Source of the DNA: Octopus vulgaris
Lineage: Eukaryota
Reading direction: 5' to 3'
Assembly: GCA_951406725.2 (NCBI GenBank)
Contig: OX597818.1
Span: 26,350,001 to 26,414,000 of the forward strand
Length of the DNA stretch: 64,000 bases
Shown here: piece after piece, positions 1-10,600 of the stretch
Layout of the letters: each line of letters starts with the position of its first letter
Position numbering within the stretch: position 1 is the first letter of the stretch
Made by a program: the position numbers and the translations under genes
Notes under the pieces: model-generated
Seen by the model: only the letters and a program-made list of their open reading frames with translations
Database searches by the model: none
What the model was told of the DNA's origin: nothing

Positions 1-873
1 CTTTCCTTCTTTTATTTATTATGTTCCAGACCCTCTACTAAAATCTCTACCCAACTTTCCTTCCTGTACTAGTGGCCTTCTGGAAATTCTTTCCCCTCCT
101 ACATTTTTTTTCTAAATACACACCCAACAAATGTTTACATTAGTAAAATTGATATTCAGTCAGGGAGCACTTGCAGAAGACTTGGTCACCATCCTCTCTC
201 CTCTGATTATCATATTGAAATAACATAATACTTTAATTATATTTGTTAAAACTTCTAAAATTCAATACAATGCAAATTAGATATAAAAGAGTGAAAAGAA
301 AGAAGCAAAACAACAGCTTACACCTTATACTTTGATTTTTTTTTGTGGTTAAAATTACACCCCCATTATTGATACAGGGATTTTAAACCCACAAATATGG
401 GGATGTGTAAATTGTTCTTTTGACGTCTATATTCCAATGTTTCATTCAAACTACACTAATTGGTTAACAACAATCAAGTAGCAGACTATTGACTATATGA
501 TGTTGATCCAGCCAACTTCATGATAGTGGGGAAACTATGTATTTGCCTCATTCTTCCATCACCAATGACTCAGTATGCTGCACTAAACATGTTGGTGTAT
601 ATAAAATTATTACACAAACATTTAACTTTCAACAACTAAATTAAGAAACAGTATGATCTTCAACAAACAAATAGTTAACACTATGGAATTGATATTCCAT
701 TGGTATATAAGCACAGACACATTGAGAAATGAATCAAGAGTTGGTTTAATCAAATTTGAGGAAAAAGATTAAAATATTACTGATTCAGTTTACCCAATTC
801 TTTACTGATATCCCTCAAATGAATCTGCATAAGCCATTCCTAGTTTAAAATCAAATTTTATTTACCTTTTTTT

Positions 874-2034
874 TCAATTGTCTAAATTGATATGCACTGT
901 GCTTTCCAGTAGTTCATGGCATTTCACTAGACTTTGCTGCCATTGGCTGAGGCAGTTTTGTTGTATTTCTGTGAACCAATTACTGGCTAATGCAGTGGCA
1001 ACTAGAACATGTACTGCATTATCATAAAGGTGTGAACTAATTGTAAAATCATCATAAAATTTCTGGATTGCTCGAAACACTCTGCGACTGTCAATGTATG
1101 TTGGTTTGTTAAGCAAATAACGGAAAATGTATGCTGCCATCTTGGTAGCCGGAAAACTTGGTGGTGTTGAGTATGAATGAGTTCTGTTACCATCTTTATT
1201 GATAGAATGTTCAAACCAGTGTAATCCTGAGCAATTAGATTTGCTATTGTTATCACTTTGGGTTGCCACTGTGTTTCTTGATGATTCCTGACGAGAAGTT
1301 AGTGTATTATCTATGAATGACTTTGGTCTTTTCTTGTTGACTCTTTTTACTTTGCTGCAGTGTTTTGAGCCTTGCACAGTGTCATTAGCATCTGGCAAGT
1401 CTGTTTCGAAGATGTCCATTTGTTCTTGCATAATTTTAAGAAGTTGAGCAAACTCCACTGATGTGTTTTTATCTGTTACTGGTACTTTTGATGGTGTGTA
1501 TTCTTGCCTCTCATAAGAATCATCACTATCTTCAATCAAAGCTGCTAAACTTTGGCACTTGATTTGGTGCTCAGCAAGATTTACCATGCGTACTGTTGTT
1601 CCACAGCTTGCACATTTCACAGGAGAATGTGGGCATTTTGACTCGTGGTTTTCAAGTTGTTCTAATTTAGTCATTACATAACATCCATTTTTTCTAAATG
1701 GACAGAACATGTAGTAACCATTGATAAGGTTTCGTAAAGCAATTTCAGGTTTGGCCTCATTTGGATGCACTGGCTTGCGACATTCTGGACATGAAGCTGT
1801 TACAGGTGACAGACAAGTTGAGGGAAAGGACCTTGGTCGCCTATATTGTAGCTGTAATAACTGTGATGGTGGTTGTTCTTGCGTTAAAGATGTTTTCAAC
1901 CAAGTTTCCAGGCATATCAAACAAAAACTATGTCCACATGGCGTGAGTACAGGATTCTCAAAAACTGATCCACATATACTGCACACTAAATTTATATCAA
2001 TTGTTTCTACAAATTGGTGGATGTCGTACCCCAT
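874..2034 (-). CDS. RING finger + TRAF-type zinc finger protein (RNF151/RNF41/PDZRN-like N-terminus), putative E3 ubiquitin ligase; intronless
   Basis: 386-aa uninterrupted ORF. It starts MGYDIHQF..CSICGSVFENPVLTPCGHSFCLIC...CPECR (C3HC4 RING), followed by CPFRKNGC..LENHESKC and CASC..LAEHQIKC zinc fingers, a coiled-coil-like segment and a helical C-terminus. Confidence 0.85.
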   Translation of the reverse strand: MGYDIHQFVETIDINLVCSICGSVFENPVLTPCGHSFCLICLETWLKTSLTQEQPPSQLLQLQYRRPRSFPSTCLSPVTASCPECRKPVHPNEAKPEIALRNLINGYYMFCPFRKNGCYVMTKLEQLENHESKCPHSPVKCASCGTTVRMVNLAEHQIKCQSLAALIEDSDDSYERQEYTPSKVPVTDKNTSVEFAQLLKIMQEQMDIFETDLPDANDTVQGSKHCSKVKRVNKKRPKSFIDNTLTSRQESSRNTVATQSDNNSKSNCSGLHWFEHSINKDGNRTHSYSTPPSFPATKMAAYIFRYLLNKPTYIDSRRVFRAIQKFYDDFTISSHLYDNAVHVLVATALASNWFTEIQQNCLSQWQQSLVKCHELLESTVHINLDN

Positions 2035-2954
2035 TTATTAACTTCACAATAAATAATCTTTCTGTTATAATTACTTTATAATTACTTTACCCGACAGTTT
2101 TCTTTCAGTCTTTAAATGTTTTATATTTATTTGTGTATATCCGCTGTTAGCGTTGTAAACATTATTGCAAGCTGTTTCATGTTTTACAAAGTTCCATTGA
2201 AAATATATATATTAAAAAAAAAATGTTTAATTGGTGAAATAACATACCATCTGTCACCTATAACATTTAATCTTAAGATAATATCAATACATACAGTTTT
2301 TACAAGTTATCATGTATCGTTGAAATGCAGTTGTCACGGATAAAGTACATAACATTTAACTGTATAGGTAATGTCCAAGAAAGCAATAATACCAGAATGT
2401 TACTGGATATATAATATATAATGAGATAAAACTTATCGTATTACCTTTGAGATCGAAATCCGAAGAGTAATTTCTTACACTTAAAGTTAACTTAAATCCT
2501 CGTAATTGAACACAAGAGTGAAAATTTAGTTCCCATGCGTAACTTGATGTAAAATGTTTGGAATTCTGCAAATTTTGCGGATGGTAATTAAACCGATGAA
2601 ACTAATTATGGAATTCTATTAGGTAAATAATTATGACCAGCGGTATATATACTAAACATTCGACAGCCTAAGCGATACAGGTGATATATATTCTCTTACA
2701 TCATTTAGCTTAAAGATGAAAGGTAGTTCCGTTAGTTACGTTGCGTACTTAAAAAGTAAAAAAAATGTGATGCTCTTATTTGTCGAATACCTGAATGTTA
2801 CCGTGTTTGTGTTGCATCTGTATTTTGGTATATAGAACCTGCCCCCCCAAAAAAAAGTGGGTGACTAAACAGGAAGATTATTCTCTTTTCTCTCTAAGTT
2901 TGCAGCAATAGAGAACAAGAGCGACAGAATCCCTAATTCGGAGAAGTATCACCG

Positions 2955-2957
<3 letters not shown>

Positions 2958-3003
<46 letters not shown>

Positions 3004-3349
3004 ATCGCAAACTTTCGCGAGCGTTTTGCGTAGCATTTTTGTTTACACCCCTTTTCCCTTACAAGTAGTTTCTCTAATGCTTTGAAAATATTCAGGGGTG
3101 TTCCTTGCTAACGCTAGCATACCATCTGTTGTAGAAACACGGTATTCGCACATGTAGCATACACTGCTTGTTCGTCAAATACAAAACTTGGCAGAAATAT
3201 CTCAGGTTCGTAGAGAAACGTTACGTTTTTTAATTAGGTGAGTGTGTGTACACACATACAATATATATATGTAAATATACATGGATCTTATCTGGTTTAC
3301 ATCAATATACCAAATAGTAAGTGAATTGGAGAAACCCAAAACAGAAAAT

Positions 3350-3418
<69 letters not shown>

Positions 3419-3815
3419 TCTATATATATATATATATATAGATGCATATATATATATATATATATATGCATCTATATATATACTCTTACTCTTTTACTCA
3501 TTTACTCGTTTCAGTCATTTGACTGCGGCCATGCTGGAGCACCGCCTTTAATCGAGCAAATCGACCCCGGGACTTACACTTTTGTAAGCCCAGTACTTAT
3601 TCTATCGGTCTCTTTTGCCGAACCGCTAAGTGACGGGGACGTAAACACACCAGCATCGGTTGTCAAGCAATGCTAGAGGGACACACACATACACACATAT
3701 ATATATATATACATATATACGACAGGCTTCTTTCAGTTTCCGTCTACCAAACCCACTCACAAGGCATTGGTCGGCCCGGGGCTATAGCAGAAGACACTTG
3801 CCCAAGGTGCCACGC

Positions 3816-3850
<35 letters not shown>

Positions 3851-3954
3851 CATACATATATAGATATATATGTATATATAGATATATATGTATATATAGA
3901 TATATATGTATATATACATATATATGTATATATACATATATATATATATACACA

Positions 3955-3992
<38 letters not shown>

Positions 3993-4100
3993 CATACATA
4001 TACACATATATACATATACACATATATACATACATATATATACATATATATATACACACATATATACACACACACATGTATATATATAAATACACATATA
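2958..4100. repeat. (TA)n/(CT)n/(TACA)n microsatellite cluster
   Basis: Directly visible simple repeats; these generate the YIYI ORFs. Confidence 0.9.
3490..3815 (-). mobile_element. tRNA-derived CORE-like SINE (octopus-type), head truncated
   Basis: Same sequence as the copies at 16905, 28905, 33420 and 47478; contains accttgggcaagtg on the minus strand. Confidence 0.8.
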
Positions 4101-4815
4101 CCGTAAATCCTCGAGTATAATCCGCATTTTTTCCCCAAAATTTAACGGTCAAAATCCTTAGTGCGTACTATATACGAAGTTAAAAATGAAAAATATTTTC
4201 TAAGCAATGTCCAAGTTTCTATTTGCTGTCCGGCAATGTTTATTGAGAAACATTTTGTGATGTCGGGCGCAAAAATACCTTAGGCTAAGCGTGAAAGCAA
4301 TGAAGTCATAAAAGAATCCTCCATAACTTGCAGTAAGCAACATTTATTAAAATAAGTATTCAGAACACAGAATAACATATAACAAAAACAATTTGCAAAC
4401 ATATTTACATTCCCCTATAACAGTTAAGAACATCACCATTATTGTATTACGCATGCGCGGAAGTGTTTGTTCGACTAGGTGCTGCTGGCTTAATTACGCA
4501 CGACTCAAGTTAGAGAAGGAGTGCGTTAGCACGCTGGACGAAATGCTTAGCAGTATTTAGTCTGCTGTAACGTTCTGAGTTCAAATTCCACTGAGGTCGG
4601 CTTTACCTTTCATCCTTTCGGGGTCGATTAAATAAGTACCAGTTACGCACTGGTGTCGATGTAATCGACTTAACCCCTTCTTCCAAATTTGAGGCCTTCT
4701 GCTTCTAATAGAAAGGATTATACACAAAGTTTAGGTTTTTCAGAGGTACAGCCCCCCCCCCCCAAAAAACCCCTCGTATTATACTCAAGGGCGGACTATA
4801 CTCGAAGATTTACGG
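4101..4815. mobile_element. Non-autonomous Tc1/pogo(Tigger)-like DNA element
   Basis: TIRs ccgtaaatcctcgagtataatccgc / gcggactatactcgaagatttacgg, with TA on both flanks. Confidence 0.75.
4519..4715 (+). mobile_element. Meta/MESC-domain-like SINE nested in the MITE
   Basis: B-box gagttcaaattcc followed by gcctttcatcctttcggggtcgat-type core. Related copies lie at ~10665, 10970, 22750, 29685, 48068, 56810, 57400 and 60648. Confidence 0.7.
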
Positions 4816-4921
4816 TACTTATATATATATATATATTTCCGGTCATTCAAAATGTGACCGCGTGTGTACCGTTGTCGATTTTTCCCCCCTGTCTTCCCTT
4901 CCCTGGATCTTTCCTTCTCCT

Positions 4922-4956
4922 GTTTCCGACGAAGAGCTCCGCTCGAAACATTAAAC
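4922..4956 (+). ncRNA. Degenerate minimal hammerhead ribozyme in a TA-flanked insert (4836-5045)
   Basis: gttt CCGACGA agagc-tcc-gctc GAAA ca tt aaac. The layout matches an HHR, but the core reads CCGACGA instead of CUGANGA and stem III is mutated. Confidence 0.45.
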
Positions 4957-5241
4957 CCTCCTTCTTTCCTGAGCGTCCAATAATACTATATTTGTTCCAC
5001 GTCCTCGCGTTGTTGTTTTTTTGTGCTTTCTTGTTTGGATTAACTATATATATACTAAGTAATTAAGGGTTTAGCAACGATTTGCCTCACCACACACCGA
5101 ATTTAGAAATAGCAGTTAAAGAGTTATAGCTATTCTTTCTACTAAAAGGGAGATCTCAGTAAAACCACAGCACTTGAAAGGCAAACACAGACAGGCAAGA
5201 GAGAAAGAAATGACGACAATCGATCATACAATATTAAGTCA

Positions 5242-5332
5242 CCTACGGACGTACGTTTCGAAATTAAGTTTTAGGAAAGCATAAGAATTAGATAATTATG
5301 TCTTACCCAACTTCTTTTCTCATCAGCGTAGG
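5242..5332 (-). ncRNA. Type I hammerhead ribozyme (left arm copy)
   Basis: Reverse-complement copy of the 5717-5807 motif. Confidence 0.8.
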
Positions 5333-5716
5333 ACACTACAATTATGAATAATTGTATATTAAATTTCGAGGTACTAGAAGACATCATCTCAACTCAGTAT
5401 CAGAGCGAGCTAAAGCCGTTACCAGTATCACCAAATTCAAAGTGTGAATGAAAGTTTGTGTCACCAACCCCTCCCACCAGCGTGCAGCCAAGACAAGATG
5501 TTGTGGTCATTTACTGGGATGAAATATGGTTCAGTAAATGACCACAACATCTTGTCTTGGCTGCACGCTGGTGGGAGGGGGTTGGTGACACAAACTTTCA
5601 TTCACACTTTGAATTTGGTGATACTGGTAACGGCTTTAGCTCGCTCTGATACTGAGTTGAGATGATGTCTTCTAGTACCTCGAACTTTAATATACAATTA
5701 TTCATAATTGTAGTGT

Positions 5717-5807
5717 CCTACGCTGATGAGAAAAGAAGTTGGGTAAGACATAATTATCTAATTCTTATGCTTTCCTAAAACTTAATTTCGAAACGTACGT
5801 CCGTAGG
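5717..5807 (+). ncRNA. Type I hammerhead ribozyme with long stem II and palindromic stem III
   Basis: Stem I cctacg/cgtagg; CTGATGA at 5723-29; stem II gaaa..aagtt..cataa / ttatg..aactt..tttc; GAAA at 5790-93; palindromic cgtacg; GUC cleavage triplet ending at 5801. Confidence 0.82.
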
Positions 5808-5993
5808 TGACTTAATATTGTATGATCGATTGTCGTCATTTCTTTCTCTCTTGCCTGTCTGTGTTTGCCTTTCAAGTGCTGTGGTTTTACTGAGATCTCC
5901 CTTTTAGTAGAAAGAATAGCTATAACTCTTTGACTGCTATTTCTAAATTCGGTGTGTGGTGAGGCAAATCGTTGCTAAACCCTTAATTACTTA

Positions 5994-6047
<54 letters not shown>

Positions 6048-6117
6048 ATAATAAATATTAGGGAATAAATCCAAATTTACAGGGAAAAAAAATAATTTGA
6101 AACTGACTTATTGAAGT

Positions 6118-6160
6118 CCACCTGAAGATTGTCGATCAAGACAAGAAACGATTGTAGTGG
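6118..6160 (+). ncRNA. Minimal type I hammerhead ribozyme in a TA-flanked insert (6045-6255)
   Basis: ccac CTGAAGA ttgtc-gatcaa-gacaa GAAA cgattg TA gtgg. Confidence 0.65.
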
Positions 6161-6899
6161 CGGTTTTTTTGACTATTTATTAAAATTTTATGTATTGATT
6201 AAGTCTTTCCTTGTTTGTTTTGCAAAATAGTGGTTTTGTCTCTAATAATATTTTATATATATATATATATATATAGCGGCGTGCGTACATTTTATTCTCT
6301 TATATGTAAGTATACATTTTACTAAATTTTGTACGATTCTATTTCTATCAACCCTTTCACGCTTATTCGTTCATTCCACTCTTTGTTCTTTCGTTTCCCC
6401 TCTCTCACATTTCTTTGCCTTCTTTTCTTACTTTCCCTCCACTTTTCACTTCACTATGTCCCTGTCATTTTTTCTTGCCCCTCCTTAATTCTTCTGTCCA
6501 TCTGTTTCTACAACTCTCTTCTCTTTTCCTTCCTTAATTCTTTTGTTCCTCTGCTTCTATTTCTCTCTCTCTTCTCTTCCCACGTGACCGATAGATTCCT
6601 TGAAAGAAAGCATTGAATGTATACTAAAACAAGGACGGAAAAACGGACAATGTTGTACAAATATAAATACAATAAAAATAATAATAATAACAGGACATAA
6701 CAACAGGTGTCTTTCGACTGGGGACGAATTGAATTTAGCTGGCGTGTGTGGAAATGAAGCCTTACGGCAGAGGTACAAAAAGTTTCACAAACACAAGGAA
6801 GAATATCGATGTTGCACAGACCACGGTCAGACCCAAACGAAATATACACCGCCAGAAGTTCTTGTTGACAAACAACAGCAATAATTTTATTTAGCTGAA

Positions 6900-7097
6900 T
6901 ACACGTCATTGATTGGTTGAAATTACAGAAATAGGACAACTTTAACGTGAAATAACTTCGTAAATATAAGTTTTTCTCAAAAAATGCCAAGAGTAAAAGA
7001 TGTTTTATATGACACATTCTACCTGTGTCCGAAGTTTGAAAGTGTTTAGTTACAAAAAATTATTTTTTTAATCTGTAGGTCAAAAGGTAAAGATCCC
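6900..7097. mobile_element. Truncated Merlin-like MITE end
   Basis: Similar to the interior and right end of 12049-12456 (cgtcattgattggttgaaa..gaagtttgaaagtgtttagttac..aaagatccc). Confidence 0.5.
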
Positions 7098-7139
7098 TAG
7101 AAAAGCACTCGGAGAGCGCAGACCTCCACCAAACCAGCA

Positions 7140-7580
7140 GGAGCAGCACTACGACGACGACTACCACCACCACCATCATATTACAATCACCACCACAACT
7201 ATCCTACCACTATCACCACAACCACCAACATCATCAGCAGCATTATCATTGCTTCCACTTCAACCACATACACAGCCATCAACGTTATTATGACGGTTAC
7301 CTTGACAGTCACTTTCACCACTACAACCATTATAACCACTACAATACCACCATCACATAACTAACACTATCATCAACACCACTATTACCACCATCACCTA
7401 AGCATCACACATCACACCGCTCCTGCCGCTATTATAACCACCGATACTATTTTATCATCCTCCCATACTTATCTCGACCATCGTCATCATCAACACTGAC
7501 TGTCTCTGCTTTCACCACAATCACCATCAAAACTACGATTACCACAATCACCGTCAAAACTACAATCACCACAATCAGTT
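7140..7580. repeat. Degenerate (CAC/CAT/ACC)n low-complexity tract
   Basis: Directly visible. Confidence 0.8.
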
Positions 7581-7939
7581 TCTTTACACTGTTGAAAATC
7601 CATTATCCGATACTCATGGGACCGACATTGTTGCAGAATTTTGATTTTTCTAATTTCGGAGTGCTTTACTAAAAAAAAAAAATGATAAATAAATAATTGC
7701 ATCTACAAAACGGAGCAGTTTGAGGATATAAACCAGGTCTAAACACAATAGCTTATAGACATACTCTGAATGTAGTTCTACATAAATCTAATAATTTTTT
7801 TATACTTAAGACCATCAGAAATGTTAAGATATCAGCCTCTACCCACGTTGTCATGCTTTGATTAAAAGGTTACAGCATAGATTAGATTATTTGGATAAGT
7901 TTCGGCCGAAGTTGACTCAGGTCATGTCTAATTTAATAG

Positions 7940-8390
7940 CATCACCTGGAAGAGAAGTCAGCTCTGGGGATCCGTAGCCCATTCAAGCAGACAGTTATTG
8001 TTTTCAGAGACATATCTGCGTGTGGGTGGTTTATCTGGTATTTGTTGTGGATAATCATCTAGGGAGCGTTTGAATGCCGTAAAGTCACTTTCCTCCTTTA
8101 TGTGTGTCTGGCACGATGTTGAAGAGATCAGGGCCAATTGAGGTGAAATAGTTCTGTCATAGTGTTGTGATACAACACGAACATTTTTGTAGTGGACGGA
8201 TGGCACGGGGGCCAAGCCTCGGTCGAATTTTAAAGATGGGCAATGTTGATGGAATATTTTCCACATCATACAGATGATATAGAGCTCACAGCGAGGGTGG
8301 AGGGAGCAAAGCCTGAACTTTTTGAGTCGATCCCAATAGTCAAGTCTTGTCATGTCAATTCCGCTGACCTCCGCCAAGCAGCTCATTTTA
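7940..8390 (-). mobile_element. CR1-like LINE 3' fragment
   Basis: DYWDRLKKFRLCSL..YIICMMWKI..AFKRSLD..IPDKP resembles a CR1 ORF2 C-terminus. Confidence 0.6.
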
Positions 8391-8479
8391 AGATAGATAC
8401 GCGAGTAAAATTACTAATAGAGAAACGAAAATAAACTTTGGAAACAGCAACACCACCATAGGTTACGTGCAAATTGCTT

Positions 8480-10090
8480 GGTTGGTTGGTCTTCTCTAGG
8501 AATTCTATGAGTTCATGTCAGATTTGATTGGCAGACGTCTACTATAACTGGCAGCAGAACAGGAGAACTCCTAGTACTGTTAGGCGGGGAGTGGTGACGC
8601 TGCTGAGGAAGAACGCCGACAATGGGTACGTGCTAGGGAATTTTCGGTCCATAACTCTGCTAAACACAGAGTTTCAGATTTTGGCTAAGATTTTAGCAAA
8701 AAAAGTTGGCACTTGTCGTCAGTAATCTGGTCGAGGAAGCGCAAACGGGTGCAATCCCGAACAGGTATATCTATAACAATCTCCACCTTATGTCATATAT
8801 TAGAAAGGGCTGGGACTGAAGCTGGCTTCGATGGGGCTCTGGTCCGTTTGGATCAATCCAAAGCATTTGATACGGTCAACCATTGTGGCTTGGAAACCGT
8901 CCTGAAAGCGGCCTATTTCGGACGTGATGTATGAGATAGTTCTCGAGCCACCGTTACAGAAATTGGAACAGTTGAGGGGCATCCCTTTGTAACTGTAACA
9001 TGGGAGGATGCTTCCGAAGTGGAGATAGTCAGTACCATTCTAAATGAGTTGGTTGCAAGGGCCAAAGTCAACGACAACAATTCGGTGGGCTTGCGGTTGG
9101 ATACTTGAAAAGACAGGTCGATTGCCGTCAGATTGTGTCGCTGGACGCTGGACTGACGGGCTAGTTAAACTGCTCGGGATCTGGTTCAGTGACCACCAGG
9201 TAGATAAGAACTGGGAGGTAACGACCAGGGTGGCCAGTCATATCCAGAAATGAGCTGACAGGAAGCTGTCCCTGAAACATCGGGAAATGCCAACATCACT
9301 GCCGTCATCAGTTATCGCCTGACCGTCGTATCCTGCTCCATTTACTGCTTGACTAGGTTGGAGCGTCTCTAATTTAATTTCTTGTAGAAGGGACGCATTC
9401 TAATGGTCAGGTGGTCAGTCTCCTGCCAACACCCTTTCAATGCTATAGCTTCTGATGCGCAGACAGGCGTTCAGATTGCGTCATCTGCAGCAACACGGTT
9501 GCATCACACACAGTGAGCGTGAGGGGGCTCCGTTTGTGAGGCACGTATTTCTGCAGCTGGTCTCCTTGAGCGAGCTGCTGTGTGGATGAAGAAAAGACCG
9601 AGACTGGGTCTGGCGCCTAGAATGTCGTTAGACGCCCACAGCGGGCAATGGGATCAGTGGATGTTCCATTTTAGCAAGAGTGCCGGGAAGAGCGACGACA
9701 TTCTTTGAGAGACTCTGGGCGTCGACGAAAACGAACGTCTAGCCCAGTGGTTTTCAACCAGGGTTCCGTGGAACCTTAGGGTTCCGCAAGAAGTTACAAA
9801 AATGCTAAAATCGACAGTAATTTTTAATTCTCCTGTGCAGATATGTGTGCATAAGACAATCAAATTATTGCACAGGGGTTCCTCGAGCCAGTAGAACGTT
9901 TCCTTGAGGTTCCGCTTCAGCAAAAAGTTTGAAAAGCACTGGTCTAGCCTATTCCGGAGAACTTTTTGGCCAAGGACGACCATGGATAATTTCCAAATGT
10001 CGTTGGCCTGGCAGTGCTACTGAGAGGCGCTGCCAGTTCGAGATAAACTCTACAGGCACAGATGTACCATCAGACGGGCTTGTCCGACGA
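8480..10090 (+). mobile_element. Decayed L1/Tx1-like LINE RT region
   Basis: GVVTLLRK..NFRSITLLNTEFQILAKILAK, LDQSKAFDTVNH and VKLLGIWF, with many stops and frameshifts. Confidence 0.75.
9745..9941. mobile_element. hAT (Charlie-like) MITE inserted in the L1/Tx1 relic
   Basis: TIRs cagtggttttcaacc / gtttgaaaagcactg, with an exact 8-bp TSD gtctagcc on both sides. Confidence 0.85.
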
Positions 10091-10104
10091 AACCGTGCCA
10101 GTTG

Positions 10105-10600
10105 AGTTTATTTCGAACTGGTTGCGCCCCTCAGGAGCACTGCCAAGACAATGCTTTTGTAGGTTGTCCACAGTTGTCTGCGATCCAAAATTCTCCGGAA
10201 CAGACTAGCTAGTTCGTTTTCGTCGATGCCCGGAGCCCTGGAGAACGTCCTCACCCTTCTCTACGACATAACTATAGATTGCTAGAGTAGAACATTCATC
10301 GATCCAGTTCGCCGATTAGTAGTGAGCGGATCGACATTTTAGATGCTAGGCGCCCAGTTTTGGTCTTTGTAGAGTATGCTTAAACTTCCATGCAGAAGAT
10401 ACAGGCAGTAGATGAACCGCCTGAGCAATGGAATACATCCCTTCCACAAGACGTTGAAGAGCAGTCATTCTAACCTGATCAAACGGTAACTGGGTAAGGC
10501 ATGACGGTAAACGATAACAAGGCGACATAGGCTTTCGCTATTGTTACTCGACCTTTCAGAGAACTTCCATTCGGTCCTTTTCTGGTTCGGCCATTCTGTC
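10105..10600 (-). mobile_element. Second L1/Tx1-like fragment, opposite orientation
   Basis: Minus-strand LSWQCS*GAQPVRNKL mirrors plus-strand LAWQCY*EALPVRDKL at ~10010. Confidence 0.5.

Larger units (their letters stand above)
5055..5994. repeat. ~940-bp near-perfect palindrome (arms ~462 bp, 15-bp spacer 5517-5531), probable inverted Penelope-like pLTR pair
   Basis: 5055-5516 is the reverse complement of 5532-5994. I saw only ~2 substitutions and a 1-bp indel. Both ends abut (TA)n. Confidence 0.95.

Noticed and set aside
1721-2041. 106-aa plus-strand ORF
   Set aside because: Antisense shadow of the RING gene.
3200-3235. gaaacgttacg, resembling the 3' half of an HHR
   Set aside because: No upstream CUGANGA or stem I partner.
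3281-4152. YIYI/CVCV-rich ORFs, also at 21167-21585, 47254-48127, 48983-50536 and 53190-55010
   Set aside because: Translations of microsatellites.
5444-5665. 73-aa ORF across the palindrome centre
   Set aside because: No recognisable motif; a by-product of the inversion junction.
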